From an uncultured Chloroflexia bacterium (GTDB lineage Bacteria; Chloroflexota; Limnocylindria; Limnocylindrales; CSP1-4), in NCBI GenBank assembly GCA_963745295.1, contig CAVUWG010000003.1, positions 259,537 to 323,536 on the forward strand: a stretch of 64,000 nucleotides of DNA, given 5' to 3'. Shown in pieces: positions 48,845 to 59,441 of the stretch. The notes beneath the pieces were generated by a model. The model searched no databases and was not told where the DNA came from. It was given only the letters and a program-made list of their open reading frames with translations. The position numbers were made by a program, and so were the translations under genes. Every line of letters starts with the position of its first letter. Within the stretch, counting starts at the first letter, position 1.

Positions 48845-49468
48845 GTGCGGCTCCAGATCGAACCGCCGTCGCTCCCCTTGGCGACGCGCTGGCAGGAAGG
48901 AACTCCATTGCGAAACCGCCGCATCGGCGCACGAGCGCTCACCGTCACGGCCCTGGCGCTGGCCGTCTTCTTCTCGAGCGCTCCGTCATCATCCGTCGCC
49001 GCCGCTGAGCCTGTGCCCACGGCCGCGACGCCCGCCAAGGCCGTCGTCACACCGGTCGTCCGTCGTCCGAGGACGACCGAAGCGCAGCAGATCATCCGCA
49101 TCGCCAAGCGTCAGCTCCGTGAACCGTGGCGGTACGCCGCGCGCGGTCCCCGGGCGTTCGACTGTTCCGGGCTCGTGATCTACGCGTTTCGCAAGGCCGG
49201 AGATTCCAGGGCGGTCGGCCGGGGTCGCCTCGCGTCCGCTCGAGCGATGTATCACTGGTACCGGGCGCGCGGTCTGGCCAGCCGGCACCACCCCAAGCCC
49301 GGCGACCTCGTCATCTGGGGCGGCGGTACCCATGTCGGGATCTACATCGGGCGGGGCAAGGCGATCAGCACGCTGACGAGCGGCGTGCGGGTCCACCGCG
49401 TCCACGCGGTCACGGCGAGGTTCACGGCGTACCTGCACACCGGCATGTGGAAGAAGCTCGCGAACTAG
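48845..49468 (+). CDS. NlpC/P60 (C40) family peptidoglycan endopeptidase, secreted
   Basis: ..RGPRAFDCSGLVIYAF (catalytic Cys) and ..PGDLVIWGGGTHVGIYIG (His). Signal peptide RRIGARALTVTALALAVFFSSAPSSSVAAA. The likelier start is TTG 48908, preceded by GGAAGG. Confidence 0.85.
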   Translation: MRLQIEPPSLPLATRWQEGTPLRNRRIGARALTVTALALAVFFSSAPSSSVAAAEPVPTAATPAKAVVTPVVRRPRTTEAQQIIRIAKRQLREPWRYAARGPRAFDCSGLVIYAFRKAGDSRAVGRGRLASARAMYHWYRARGLASRHHPKPGDLVIWGGGTHVGIYIGRGKAISTLTSGVRVHRVHAVTARFTAYLHTGMWKKLAN

Positions 49469-49510
49469 GAGGGGCCTCCTGGGGTCCTCGGCGCGCGCCA
49501 GACGCGAAGG

Positions 49511-49550
49511 GGCCGGGGCACTCTATCGGAGCCGATCGAGTGCCCCGGCC
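49511..49550. terminator. strong hairpin between convergent genes
   Basis: GGCCGGGGCACTC-(tATCGGagCCGATc)-GAGTGCCCCGGCC has a 13-bp outer stem plus a 5-bp inner stem. Lies 43 nt after the NlpC/P60 stop. Confidence 0.55.
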
Positions 49551-49552
49551 GT

Positions 49553-49578
49553 GGACGCCGCTCGGGGAAACGGCGTCC
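49553..49578. terminator. second hairpin between convergent genes
   Basis: GGACGCCG-ctcggggaaa-CGGCGTCC, an 8-bp stem. Confidence 0.4.
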
Positions 49579-49721
49579 CTCACGGGAAAGGCGGAGGGTA
49601 CGGGCCATCGACCCCAGGCCGATCAGGCCCGGGATGACCCGAGGATGTGGAGAGTGGGCGCTGGCCGCCTGTTCCGGGGGTAGGTGTCCCGGAGGTCAGG
49701 CGGCCAGCCAGTGGTGCGCGG

Positions 49722-51935
49722 TCAGCGGTCGCGTCGGCGGCGGATCGTCGCCGGGACCGGGGTGAGGACGCCGACGCCGAGCGTCAGCACGGCCAGACCG
49801 ATGAGCGCGAGCAGGAGGCTCGTGCCCGGCCCGCTCGTCGAGCCGCTTGCGTCGGTCGGGGGAAGGGTGGGCTGCGGCGTGCCGGTCGCCGGCTGGACCT
49901 CGCCACCTTCGACGATGACATCGGCGTCGTCCTCATCGGACCCCGCGTTGGTCGTCGTGACGGAGGCGACGTTCAGGACCGGGCTGGTCTCGGCCGTGTC
50001 GTCGGTGGTGGGGCTGGAGATGTGGAAGCTGAAGCTGGCACCGGGGGCCAGGGTCGTGGGACCGCAGGTGACGGTGTTGGCGGCCAGCGAGCAGAGCCCA
50101 CCGGCATCGTCGTCGAGCGTCCAGTCGAGCCCGGCGTCGGCCGGCAGCGGATCGTCGACCACGACACCGTTGGCCGTGGCATCCCCGTTGTTGGTGACCG
50201 TGACGGTGAACCCGATCGTGTCACCGGCTTCGACCTCGGGATCGTCCGCGGTCTTCTCGATGTCGATCGCGCTCTTGTTGATGGTGATGGTGTCGTCGTC
50301 TTCGTCCGACCCGCCATTTTCGGAGGTCACCGAGGCCGTGTTCGGCACGGTGTCCGCCGAGGCGTTGGAGGTCGCACTGACGATGTGGATCGAGTAGCTC
50401 GCCCCGCCGGCCAGGCTGACCGTCGGGCAATCGATGGACTGCGAGCCCACTGCGCCGTCGATGTCGCAGCCGGAGATCCCGGTCTGGTCCTCGATGGACC
50501 AATCGAGGTCGCCGCCGGCCGGCAGGTCGTCGGTGAGGGCAACGCCCGTCGCCTCGACGCCACCGACGTTGCTGACGGTGATCGTGAAGCCGATCGGGTC
50601 ACCCGCGTCGACCGTGGGGTCGTCCGCGACCTTGGTGATCTCGATGTCGGCGGGCACCGGATCCGGGCAGCGAAGGATCTCGAACAGCTCGTCCGCGAAG
50701 TCGCTGAAGTCGGCGTCGAGGAACGAGCCGCCACCGATCTCGGTCATGACCGCTGACGCCCAGGCCTCGTCACCGGCCGCCGAGAACGGCAGGCTGATGT
50801 CGCCCGGATCGCCGGGGGCGCTGAGGTAGACGGCCTTGACGTGGAACCTGTTGGCGCCGACGCCGCGGACGCTGTCGGCCGCCTCGATCGCCGCGTTGGC
50901 ACCCTGGAGCCACACCTCCGGGACACTGAGGTCATCAGCGTGGGTGTTGGGCTTGTTGGGCGAGCCGTCCGTCAGGACGAACATGACATTCTGGACGCCT
51001 GTCCGGCCGCCAGCGTTGTTGCCCGCGGCGGTCGTGATCCCGGCCGCCGTCGGCGTGAGACCGGTCGGCCCGCTGAGGTCATCGACCGCGTCGATGAAGT
51101 CGGCAGCGACGACGTACCCGGCGGTGATCGGCGAGGCGCTCGTGGCGTTGAAACGCGTCCCGCTGTAGCGGCCGTCGCCGCCGGCAGCCTGGAACGTGGT
51201 GACGAAGTCAGTGATTCCCGCCTGGAGGGCCGGCAGGTTGGACGGGGCCGGGCCCTGGGGTCCGATCGAGCCCGACATGTCGATGACGAAGTTGAAGTCG
51301 GCTGTATTGCACAGCGCAGTCGAGATCGGCGGGTTGGTCGTGCCGGTCGTGATCGATCGATACGTGACCTCGACGGTGAGGAAGCTGACCGACGTGGTCG
51401 ACGCGCCGTCGCAGGCCGCGCCGGGATCCTGGTTGCGCAGTTCGAGACGGAACTCGGCGTTCGTCAGCTGGGTGGGATCCCAGACGTTGCCCCAGTCATC
51501 GGTGGCGCCACCGAGGACGAGCACCTGGCTGGCATCCGTCAGGTCCGCGGTCTGCCGGGCCGTGAAGCTGGTCCCGTTGTTGTCCGAGAGACGGACCTGG
51601 ATCTGGCAGCCTGCCGGATCGGTGGAGCTGGCCGTGACCCTGACGGTGATCCCGTCGATGATCGAGCCGTTCGGGACGCCGAAGCCGAAGTCCTGATAGC
51701 CCTGGTCGACGTTGTCGCCGGACGCGGTGGCGACGCTGGCATCGTCCGTGAAGACGTTGGTCGGATCGGTCCAGCCATTCGGCGTGACCGCATCGGTGGG
51801 CGCCTTCGCGCCCGTGTCAGCGGCCGACGCGACCGCAGCGCCGACGCTCAGAAAGAGCGACGACAGGATAAGGACGGTCCCGCCGACGGCAGCCAACCTG
51901 CCCAGGCGAGAGTGAGGACGAGGCCCCCGATACAT
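49722..51935 (-). CDS. large secreted surface protein: N-terminal unknown region, vWA domain, two DUF11-type repeats, C-terminal LPxTG-like anchor
   Basis: Signal peptide MYRGPRPHSRLGRLAAVGGTVLILSSLFLSVGAAVASA. vWA MIDAS FVIDMSGS...FVLTDGSPN. Two DUF11-like units (..TKVADDPTVDAGDPIGFTITVSN.G.. and ..EKTADDPEVEAGDTIGFTVTVTNNG..). Tail LPPTDASG..., hydrophobic stretch, RRRRDR. Start at ATG 51935. Confidence 0.85.
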   Translation of the reverse strand: MYRGPRPHSRLGRLAAVGGTVLILSSLFLSVGAAVASAADTGAKAPTDAVTPNGWTDPTNVFTDDASVATASGDNVDQGYQDFGFGVPNGSIIDGITVRVTASSTDPAGCQIQVRLSDNNGTSFTARQTADLTDASQVLVLGGATDDWGNVWDPTQLTNAEFRLELRNQDPGAACDGASTTSVSFLTVEVTYRSITTGTTNPPISTALCNTADFNFVIDMSGSIGPQGPAPSNLPALQAGITDFVTTFQAAGGDGRYSGTRFNATSASPITAGYVVAADFIDAVDDLSGPTGLTPTAAGITTAAGNNAGGRTGVQNVMFVLTDGSPNKPNTHADDLSVPEVWLQGANAAIEAADSVRGVGANRFHVKAVYLSAPGDPGDISLPFSAAGDEAWASAVMTEIGGGSFLDADFSDFADELFEILRCPDPVPADIEITKVADDPTVDAGDPIGFTITVSNVGGVEATGVALTDDLPAGGDLDWSIEDQTGISGCDIDGAVGSQSIDCPTVSLAGGASYSIHIVSATSNASADTVPNTASVTSENGGSDEDDDTITINKSAIDIEKTADDPEVEAGDTIGFTVTVTNNGDATANGVVVDDPLPADAGLDWTLDDDAGGLCSLAANTVTCGPTTLAPGASFSFHISSPTTDDTAETSPVLNVASVTTTNAGSDEDDADVIVEGGEVQPATGTPQPTLPPTDASGSTSGPGTSLLLALIGLAVLTLGVGVLTPVPATIRRRRDR
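49911..50648 (-). repeat. tandem duplication of a ~120-aa DUF11-type domain inside the surface-protein CDS
   Basis: Unit 1 spans 50265-50648 and unit 2 spans 49911-50264. Both start DIE(I)TK/DIEKT..ADDP.V.AGD.IGFT.TV.N.G and end ..SDEDD..I. Confidence 0.6.
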
Positions 51936-52190
51936 CGATAGATCCTCCGATGGTGTGGACGACTGCGGGCCGTGAGCACCCGCGGACGAGAGCATGCGTC
52001 ACGCCCAGGACGCGGTCTAGTACTTTCGGAGTACACGGGACCGACGCATTCTGTTAGTCAGCCGACCGGACCGCACAAGCCTGGGGAACGGAACCGGTGT
52101 GTGGGCGCAACAAGGTCATGGTACTGATGGATACGGCGCGGCGGAAGTCCCAACTTCGACGAAGGCAGCCCCGGCTTCGAGTGGGTCGCG

Positions 52191-53069
52191 TCAGGCGGGC
52201 TGCGCGACCGCCAGGGATTCGATGAAGCGCCTGCGCCAGGCCTCGGTCGCCCTGACGTTGTTGAACGTGTACAGGTGCAAGTCCACGACGCCAGCCACCG
52301 GGTCGGCGACGATCGGGGCGAGGCCCTCGAGGAGGCCGTCTGGCCGGTAGAAGCCGCCTGACCGGATCAGCCGCGCGACGAACCGCGCGTTCTTCGTCAG
52401 GAAGCGATGCGTGTCGGCGACGCCGATGCGGGCCGTGATGGCCAGCAGCTTGTGCGGCTCCGCGACCCCAGGCAGCCCGATGTGGACCGGCAGCGCCAGC
52501 CCCTCGGCGCGGCGGGCGGCGAGCCACGAGCCGATGGCCGTCGGATCGAAACAGAGCTGGGTCGTCATGTAGCTCGCGTAGGCGGCCTTGTCGCGCAGGG
52601 CCTCGGCGATCGGCGCGTCCGGGATGAACGGGTGACCCTGCGGGTAGCACGGGATGCCGATCTCGGCGAGCGGGTGGCCGATCTCCGCCATCTCCCGAAG
52701 CAGCGACAGGCCGTCCGGGAACTCGCCCGGCTCCTTGGCGTCGCCGCCGACGACGAAGGCACGATCGACGCCCGCGCCCTCCAGCCAGGCGATCAGGTCG
52801 CGCAGGTGGGCGCGGTCGCGGACCATCCGGGCCGACACGTGCGGCACGGCCCGGAAGCCGCGCGCCTGGAGCGCCTCGCACAGGGCGATCGTCGCCTCGA
52901 TGCCCTTGGCCGGCGACGCCGTCACGGACACCGTCGCGCCCGCCGGCAGGTCATCGGCGTGGCCGAGGGCGTTCTTGAGCGGGACGAGCTCGAAGGTCGG
53001 CGCCGCGAGGACGCGCGCGAGTGCCCGGCGCTCGCCGGTCCCCAGCCGGCGGTGGCGCCGGAACAGCAC
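52191..53069 (-). CDS. metF: methylenetetrahydrofolate reductase (MetF family)
   Basis: ..FELVPLKN.., ..VTASPAKG.., ..PHVSARMV.., ..AFVVGGD.. and ..GIPCYPQGHP... TIM-barrel MTHFR pattern. GTG 53069 lies 2 nt after the MttB stop. Confidence 0.8.
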   Translation of the reverse strand: MLFRRHRRLGTGERRALARVLAAPTFELVPLKNALGHADDLPAGATVSVTASPAKGIEATIALCEALQARGFRAVPHVSARMVRDRAHLRDLIAWLEGAGVDRAFVVGGDAKEPGEFPDGLSLLREMAEIGHPLAEIGIPCYPQGHPFIPDAPIAEALRDKAAYASYMTTQLCFDPTAIGSWLAARRAEGLALPVHIGLPGVAEPHKLLAITARIGVADTHRFLTKNARFVARLIRSGGFYRPDGLLEGLAPIVADPVAGVVDLHLYTFNNVRATEAWRRRFIESLAVAQPA

Positions 53070-53071
53070 GC

Positions 53072-54611
53072 CTAGACCTCGGAGTCGGGCATCGAGGCCT
53101 TGCGCTTGACGATGAACTCGAGCAGGGCTTCGTCGATGGCGTCGTCCATCGGCGGCGCCTCGTACTCGGCCAGCATCCGCTTCCAGATCGTGTTCGCCCG
53201 CTGCGCCGCGTCGAGCGAGCCGTCCTCCTGCCACTGCTCGAAGCTGTTGTTGTCCGCGATGTCGGAGCGATAGAAGGCGTTCTCGAAGTTCGCGAGCGTG
53301 TGCGCGGTGCCGAGGTAGTGCTGGCCCGGCTCGTTGGTGAGGATCGCGTCGAGCGCCTGCCCGTTCTCGGACAGGTCGACGCCGTTGACGAAGACCGTGG
53401 CCATGCCGCACTGGTCAGCGTCGAGGATGAACTTCTCGTAGCCGACCGCGAGGCCGCCCTCGAGCCAGCCGGCGGCGTGCAGGACGAAGTTGACGCCACC
53501 GAGGATCGTCGCCGAGAAGGTCGCGGCGGACTCGTAGGCGGCCTGGGCGTCGGGGATCTTCGAGGCGCACAGGTTGCCGCCCGAGCGGAACGGCACACCG
53601 AGCCGTCGGGCCAGCGCCGCCATCACGTACAACACGAGCGAGGGCTCCGGTGTCCCGAACGTCGGCGCGCCCGACTGCATCGACATCGACGAGGCGAAGC
53701 TGCCGAGCACGACCGGCGCGCCCGGCCGGACCAGCTGCACGAACGTCATCCCGCCGAGCGCCTCGGCGAGGGTCTGCGTGGCCGTGCCCGCCACCGTCAC
53801 CGGTGACATCGCGCCGGCCAGGATGAACGGCGTCATCAGCGTCGCCTGGTTGGCCTCGGCGTAGGCCCGGGCGGCCCCGAGCATCGTCGAATCCCAGACG
53901 AGCGGGGAATTGGCGTTGATCAGCGAGAGGATGACCGCATGGTCCTCGAGGTACTCCGCGCCGAACAGGATGCGGGCCATCTCGACGGTGTCGCGCGCGC
54001 GCTCGGGCGCGGTGACCGAACCCATGAACGGCTTGTCGCTGTAGCGCATGTGGGCATAGACCATGTCGAGGTGGCGCTTGTTGACCGGCACGTCGACGGG
54101 CTCGCAGACCGTGCCGCCCGAGTGGTGCAGGTTGGGGGAGAGGTAGGCCAGCTTCACGAAGTTGCGGAAGTCCTCGATCGTGCCGTAGCGCCGGCCGCGG
54201 TCCAGGTCGCGCACGAAGGGCGACCCGTAGTTGGGCGCGAAGACCGTGTGCATCCCGCCGATCTCGACGTTGCGTTCCGGGTTGCGCGCGTACTGGGTGA
54301 ACTGGCGTGGCGCGGTCGCCTGGACGATCTGGCGGCACATGCCCGCGCGGGAAGCGGACCCGTTCGCCCTGGACGTCGGCACCGGCGTCGCGGAACAGGC
54401 GGAGGGCGTCGGCGTCACCGCGGAACTCGAGGCCGACCTGCTCGAGGATCGTGTCCGCGTTGTCCTCGATGAGCGAAAGCCCCTCCTCGTCGAGCACCTC
54501 GAACGGGGCCAGCTTCCTGGTCAGGAACGGGACGTGCTCGGCGTGGGACAGGAGGCGGGCGGCCTGTCGCGCGGCACGTCCGCCGGTGCGGCGTCGCGGG
54601 TTGTCGTCCAT
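53072..54611 (-). pseudogene. MttB-superfamily (trimethylamine methyltransferase family) corrinoid methyltransferase, non-pyrrolysine type, one frameshift as sequenced
   Basis: The N-terminus MDDNPRRRTGGRAARQAARLLSHAEHVPFLTRKLAPFEVLDEEGLSLIEDNADTILEQVGLEF..GERVRFPRG is in the ORF 53415-55622 frame. After a junction near 54343 it continues as MCRQIVQATAPRQFTQYARNPERNVEIGG...TPFILAGAMSPVTVAG...SGAPTFGTPEP... in ORF 53072-54418. No in-frame TAG. Confidence 0.85.
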
Positions 54612-56698
54612 CACCGATCCTCCGTGCCAACCGGGCTGCCGACCACGGCCGCGCGCCGGCGCCGCCGCTCTCCTCGCCCGACCCCGCCAGCGTCGCCCGG
54701 TTCCGACCGCGGCGGCAGCGTCACGGCCCCGGACAGGTGTGGATACGACGCGGTCTTGTGGGGGAACGCCATCGCCTCGACGAAGTGCTGCTGGAAGCGC
54801 GGCTCGACGGCGGTCTCGATCTTCTCGACCTCGCGGACGACGCCTTCGATCTCGGCCCGGGCCGCGCCCGACAGCAGCGCGATCAGCGCGCCGGTCCCGG
54901 CCGCATTCCCGGCCGGGGCCACGTGGGCGAGGTCGCAATCGGGGATGAGCCCGAGGATCATCGCGTGGGTCGTGTCGATCTGGCTCCCGAACGCGCCGGC
55001 GAGCCGGATCTCGTCGACCGTCTCCACCCCGAGGTGGTCCATCAACAACCGGACGCCCGCGTAGAGCGCGGCCTTGGCCAGCTGGATCGCCCGGACGTCG
55101 TTCTGGGTCACGGTGATGCGCGGACCGCCGTTGACGCCCTCGCTGAGCACGTAGCTGAAGGTCCGGCCGTCGGGGACCACGCGCGGCGTGCGAGCCGCGA
55201 GCGCCCCGTCGACGACGCCATCCTCGGTGATGACGCCCGCCAGGAAGAGCTCGGCGACCACCTCGACGATGCCCGAGCCGCAGATGCCCGTCACGCCCAG
55301 CTCGTCGGCGGCGGCCGCGAACCCCGGTTCGTTCGACCACAGGTCCGAGCCGATGACCTTGAACCGCGGCTCGAGGGTCGCGGGATCGATGCGGACGCGC
55401 TCGATCGCGCCCGGCGCGGCGCGTTGGCCGCCGCTGATCTGGGCCCCTTCGAAGGCCGGTCCGGTCGGGCTGGAGGCGGCGAGCAGCCGGTCGGCGTTGC
55501 CGAGGACGATCTCCGCGTTCGTGCCCACGTCGACGATCAGGTGGACGCCGTCGGTGGCCCGATGCGGCGCCTCGGCGAGGATGACCCCGGCCGTGTCGGC
55601 CCCGACGTGTCCCGCGATGCACGGCAGGACGTAGACGCGCGCGCCCGGGTGGGCGGACAGGCCGAGCTCGGTCGCACGGATGCGGACGGCCCGGTCCGTG
55701 GCCAGGGCGAACGGCGCCGAGCCCAGCGGGATGGGATCGATGCCGAGCACGAGGTGGTGCATGATCGGGTTGCCGACGAGCGCGATCTCGTGGATGTCGA
55801 CCGGCTCGAGGCCGGCCTGGTTGGCGAGGCCAAGCACGAGCGTTCGCAGGGCCGTGCGCACGGCACGGGTCATCTCGAGCGCGCCACCCTCGTGCATCAT
55901 CGCGTACGACACGCGGCTCATGAGGTCCTCGCCGAAGCGGATCTGCGGGTTCATGACGCCCGCCGAGGCCAGCACCGAGCCGTCGCCGAGGTCGGCGAGA
56001 TGGCCGGCGATCGTCGTCGACCCGACGTCGATGGCGACGCCGTAGACCTTCTCGTGGAGGCCCGGCCAGACGGCCGTCACGTGACGCCCGTCGTGGACCG
56101 CGACGGTGACCGCGTAGCCGCCCTTCTCGAGCGCCGGCTGGAGCGCCCGGATGACGTCGAGGTCGGCCGTGAGGTCAGTCAGGTCCCATTCGCGCTCGAG
56201 GGCGTCGAAGAGGCGGACCAGATCACCGGACGGCGAGGCGAGCTCGGGTGGCGTGACCTCGACGTAGTGGAGGCGGACGACCGGGTCGACGATGAAGTCG
56301 CGGACCGGCAGGCTCTTGCGGACGACCTGGCGGTGGACCTGGCTGTCGGGCGGGACGTCGATGACCATGTCGCCCTGGAGGTGGGCCGCACACGACAACC
56401 GGCGTCCCTCGGCAAGCCCTTGCTTGCGGTCGTACTCGGCCTCACGCTCGGCCGGCGGGGTCAGGTGGTCGGGGCTGGCAGTGATGCCGTGCTTCGCGAA
56501 GGATCCGAACGACGGCACGACCTGGCAGCGACCGCACAGGCCACGCCCGCCACAGACCGAGTCGATGTCGACGCCGAGCGAGCGGGCGGCGTCGAGGACC
56601 GTCGTCCCCTCGGCGAACCGGCCTCGCCGCCCGGACGGCGTGAAGATGACGAGGGCATCCGCGGGCGTTCGGGCGTTCTCGGTGGTGGACGGCGACAT
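54611..56698 (-). CDS. corrinoid reductive activase: N-terminal 2Fe-2S ferredoxin domain fused to an ASKHA ATPase domain (RACo/RamA-like role)
   Basis: ..SVCGGRGLCGRCQV...RLSCAA gives the plant-type ferredoxin Cys pattern. ..YGVAIDVGSTTIAGHL.., ..DVGTNAEIV.. and ..GICGSG.. are ASKHA phosphate motifs. 695 aa, intact. Confidence 0.85.
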   Translation of the reverse strand: MSPSTTENARTPADALVIFTPSGRRGRFAEGTTVLDAARSLGVDIDSVCGGRGLCGRCQVVPSFGSFAKHGITASPDHLTPPAEREAEYDRKQGLAEGRRLSCAAHLQGDMVIDVPPDSQVHRQVVRKSLPVRDFIVDPVVRLHYVEVTPPELASPSGDLVRLFDALEREWDLTDLTADLDVIRALQPALEKGGYAVTVAVHDGRHVTAVWPGLHEKVYGVAIDVGSTTIAGHLADLGDGSVLASAGVMNPQIRFGEDLMSRVSYAMMHEGGALEMTRAVRTALRTLVLGLANQAGLEPVDIHEIALVGNPIMHHLVLGIDPIPLGSAPFALATDRAVRIRATELGLSAHPGARVYVLPCIAGHVGADTAGVILAEAPHRATDGVHLIVDVGTNAEIVLGNADRLLAASSPTGPAFEGAQISGGQRAAPGAIERVRIDPATLEPRFKVIGSDLWSNEPGFAAAADELGVTGICGSGIVEVVAELFLAGVITEDGVVDGALAARTPRVVPDGRTFSYVLSEGVNGGPRITVTQNDVRAIQLAKAALYAGVRLLMDHLGVETVDEIRLAGAFGSQIDTTHAMILGLIPDCDLAHVAPAGNAAGTGALIALLSGAARAEIEGVVREVEKIETAVEPRFQQHFVEAMAFPHKTASYPHLSGAVTLPPRSEPGDAGGVGRGERRRRRAAVVGSPVGTEDR

Positions 56699-56710
56699 GG
56701 TCGCGAGGCC

Positions 56711-57616
56711 TCAGCCGGCGGAGCCGACGAGCCGGCGGTTGACGCGGCGGCGGCTGACCTCGCCCTCGGGCGTCGGCTCGCGATGGGCCAGGATCCAGCG
56801 GCCGCAGTCCGGGTCGTTGCCCATCAGGACGTCGGCCGCCATGACGGCCCGCTTGAGGTCGGGTTGCATCGGGTTGGTGATCGCGGACGTCATGCCCGCG
56901 GCGATGGCCATCGGCAGGAACGCCGCGTTGATGCCCTCCCGGTTCGGCAGGCCGAAGCTGACGTTCGACGCGCCGCACGTCGAGTTGACCTTGAGCTCCT
57001 CGCGCAACCGACCGACGAGCGCGAAGACCTGGCGACCGGCCGTCGCCATCGCACCGATCGGCATGACCAGCGGGTCGACGACGATGTCCGAGCGCGGGAT
57101 GCCGTGATCCGCGGCGCGCTCCACGATCCGCTTCGCGACCGCGAATCGGACGTCGGGGTCCTCGCTGATCCCGGTGTCGTCGTTGCTGATCGCCACGACC
57201 GCCGCGCCGTACTTCTTGATCAGCGGCAGGACGCGCTCGAGGCGCTCCTCCTCGCCGGTGACCGAGTTGACCAGCGGCTTGCCCTGGTAGACCGCAAGCC
57301 CGGCCTCGAGCGCCTCGACGATCGACGAATCGATCGAGAGCGGCAGATCGGTCAGCGACTGGACCAGCTGGATCGTGTGGGCCAGGATCGCGGGCTCGTC
57401 GGCGAGCGGGATGCCGGCGTTGACGTCGAGCATGTGGGCGCCGGCGGCGACCTGGGCGAGGACGTCGCGCTCGACCCGGCTGAAGTCGCCGGCCTTCATC
57501 TCCTCGGCCAGGGCCTTGCGACCGGTCGGGTTGATGCGCTCGCCGATGATCACGAACGGGCGATCGAAGCCGAGGACGACCTCGCGGGTGGCGGAGCTCA
57601 GGACCGTCTCGGTCAT
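56711..57616 (-). CDS. pterin-binding methyltransferase (methyl-corrinoid:tetrahydrofolate methyltransferase, MtgA/AcsE-like)
   Basis: ..FVIIGERINPTGRKALAEEM...MLDVNAG...LSIDSS...LVNSVTGEE. DHPS-like TIM barrel typical of MeTr enzymes. ATGA overlap with the upstream gene. Confidence 0.85.
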   Translation of the reverse strand: MTETVLSSATREVVLGFDRPFVIIGERINPTGRKALAEEMKAGDFSRVERDVLAQVAAGAHMLDVNAGIPLADEPAILAHTIQLVQSLTDLPLSIDSSIVEALEAGLAVYQGKPLVNSVTGEEERLERVLPLIKKYGAAVVAISNDDTGISEDPDVRFAVAKRIVERAADHGIPRSDIVVDPLVMPIGAMATAGRQVFALVGRLREELKVNSTCGASNVSFGLPNREGINAAFLPMAIAAGMTSAITNPMQPDLKRAVMAADVLMGNDPDCGRWILAHREPTPEGEVSRRRVNRRLVGSAG

Positions 57617-57984
57617 GCCGGCGAGTCCTCCACCGCCATGTCTCCGCGTCGCGGGATCGGCGTCTCGTGGGCAGGCGCCAGCACGGGCCCGCCTTCGACA
57701 CCGCCGGACTGGATGAGCTCGGCGAGCCGGTGCTTCGTGTAGTCGGCTTCGAGGCGTTCGGTCTCGGCGGCCACGACGGCCTCGATGTCGTCGCCGCAGC
57801 GATGCTGCTCGCGGCGCCATTCCTCGATGTAGTCGTTGTAGGCGCTCTTGCCGGCGCGGGCAGCGGCCTTGTCGATGGCGACCTGGAACCGCGGATGGAG
57901 GACCTGCTTGCTCTGGCGGCGCCCCTCGCGCGCGAGCACCTGGGCAGGGATGTCGCGCCACCAGATGACGGTCATGACACCCAT
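57613..57984 (-). CDS. small conserved protein ('virulence factor' family-like), function unknown
   Basis: M(GVM)TVIWWRDIPAQVLAREGRR..KQVLHPRFQVAIDKAAARAGKS..DYIEEWRRE. The start may be ATG 57975. Family name recalled from memory, not verified. Confidence 0.5.
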   Translation of the reverse strand: MGVMTVIWWRDIPAQVLAREGRRQSKQVLHPRFQVAIDKAAARAGKSAYNDYIEEWRREQHRCGDDIEAVVAAETERLEADYTKHRLAELIQSGGVEGGPVLAPAHETPIPRRGDMAVEDSPA

Positions 57985-57986
57985 CG

Positions 57987-58641
57987 TCAGCGGACCATCG
58001 TGATGACCGAGTCGACGTGGGCGGGGCCGGCCACCGAGGTCGCCGCGGCGATCGACGTCGCGAGTTCCCCGTAGCCGGTCCGGCGCAGCTCGAAGCGCAG
58101 GCCCAGGCGACGGGCGCCGCGCCGGGCGGCCGTGACCAGTGCCGGGTCGTCGGTCTGGGCGAGGTAGACGAGTCGCTCGTAGTTGCCGAAGTACGTGGCG
58201 AGCAGCTCCGGGTGGCGGTCGAGGCCGAGCCCCTCGATGACGAGCCGGTCGAAGTTGCGGGCCAGGAAGTCGGTCAGGAAGAACGTCGCCGGCTCGTCCG
58301 CGGTCAGGCGCGCGAAGTCCGGCCGGCCGGCGTAGAACTCGTAGCAGTGGGCGCCGGGCAGGCGCTCGACGCCGGGTTCATCGGCCAGGGCCACGTCCAG
58401 GAGCCCACCCGTGCCGCAGTCCGCGTAGGCCACGAAGACGCGGTCGTAGCCGGCGCGGCGTCGCCGGATCCGGTCGCGCACGGCCTTGGGGATGCCGCCC
58501 GGGCGGTTGTGGAGCGTGGCCGGCAGGCAGGTGATATCGACGTTGGGCAGGCCGCGGGTCAGGTCCACCAGCTCGCGCGCGAGCGCGCCACAGCCGACGA
58601 TCAGGACGCGCGGGGCATCCGTGTCGGCGTCGGTCGTGGTC

Positions 58642-58658
<17 letters not shown>
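57987..58658 (-). CDS. DUF1638 domain protein
   Basis: ..RVLIVGCGALARELVDL...DITCLPATLHNRPGGIP...VAYADCGTGG...GAHCYEFYAG...FLTDFLARNFD. Start set at GTG 58658 (17-nt overlap with the corrinoid protein gene); uncertain. Confidence 0.7.
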
Positions 58659-59343
<685 letters not shown>

Positions 59344-59371
59344 CGCCTGATGCTCCCGTTTCCCGGTTAGG

Positions 59372-59390
59372 GGTTCCACGATATGGAACC
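59372..59390. promoter_or_regulatory. perfect palindrome between the corrinoid operon and iclR (candidate IclR operator)
   Basis: GGTTCCA-cgata-TGGAACC lies 29 nt upstream of the corrinoid protein ATG. An extra half-site GTGGAACC is at 59401-59408. Confidence 0.5.
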
Positions 59391-59441
59391 GTGCCGTATA
59401 GTGGAACCGCGTCGTGCAAATCTACCTCCCCGAGGAGGCGA

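Noticed and set aside
53072-54611. Possibility that the MttB homologue is a pyrrolysine enzyme or that its disruption is an amber codon
   Set aside because: There is no in-frame TAG anywhere in either reading segment. The break is a frame change near 54343, not a stop. No pyl genes are in the window.
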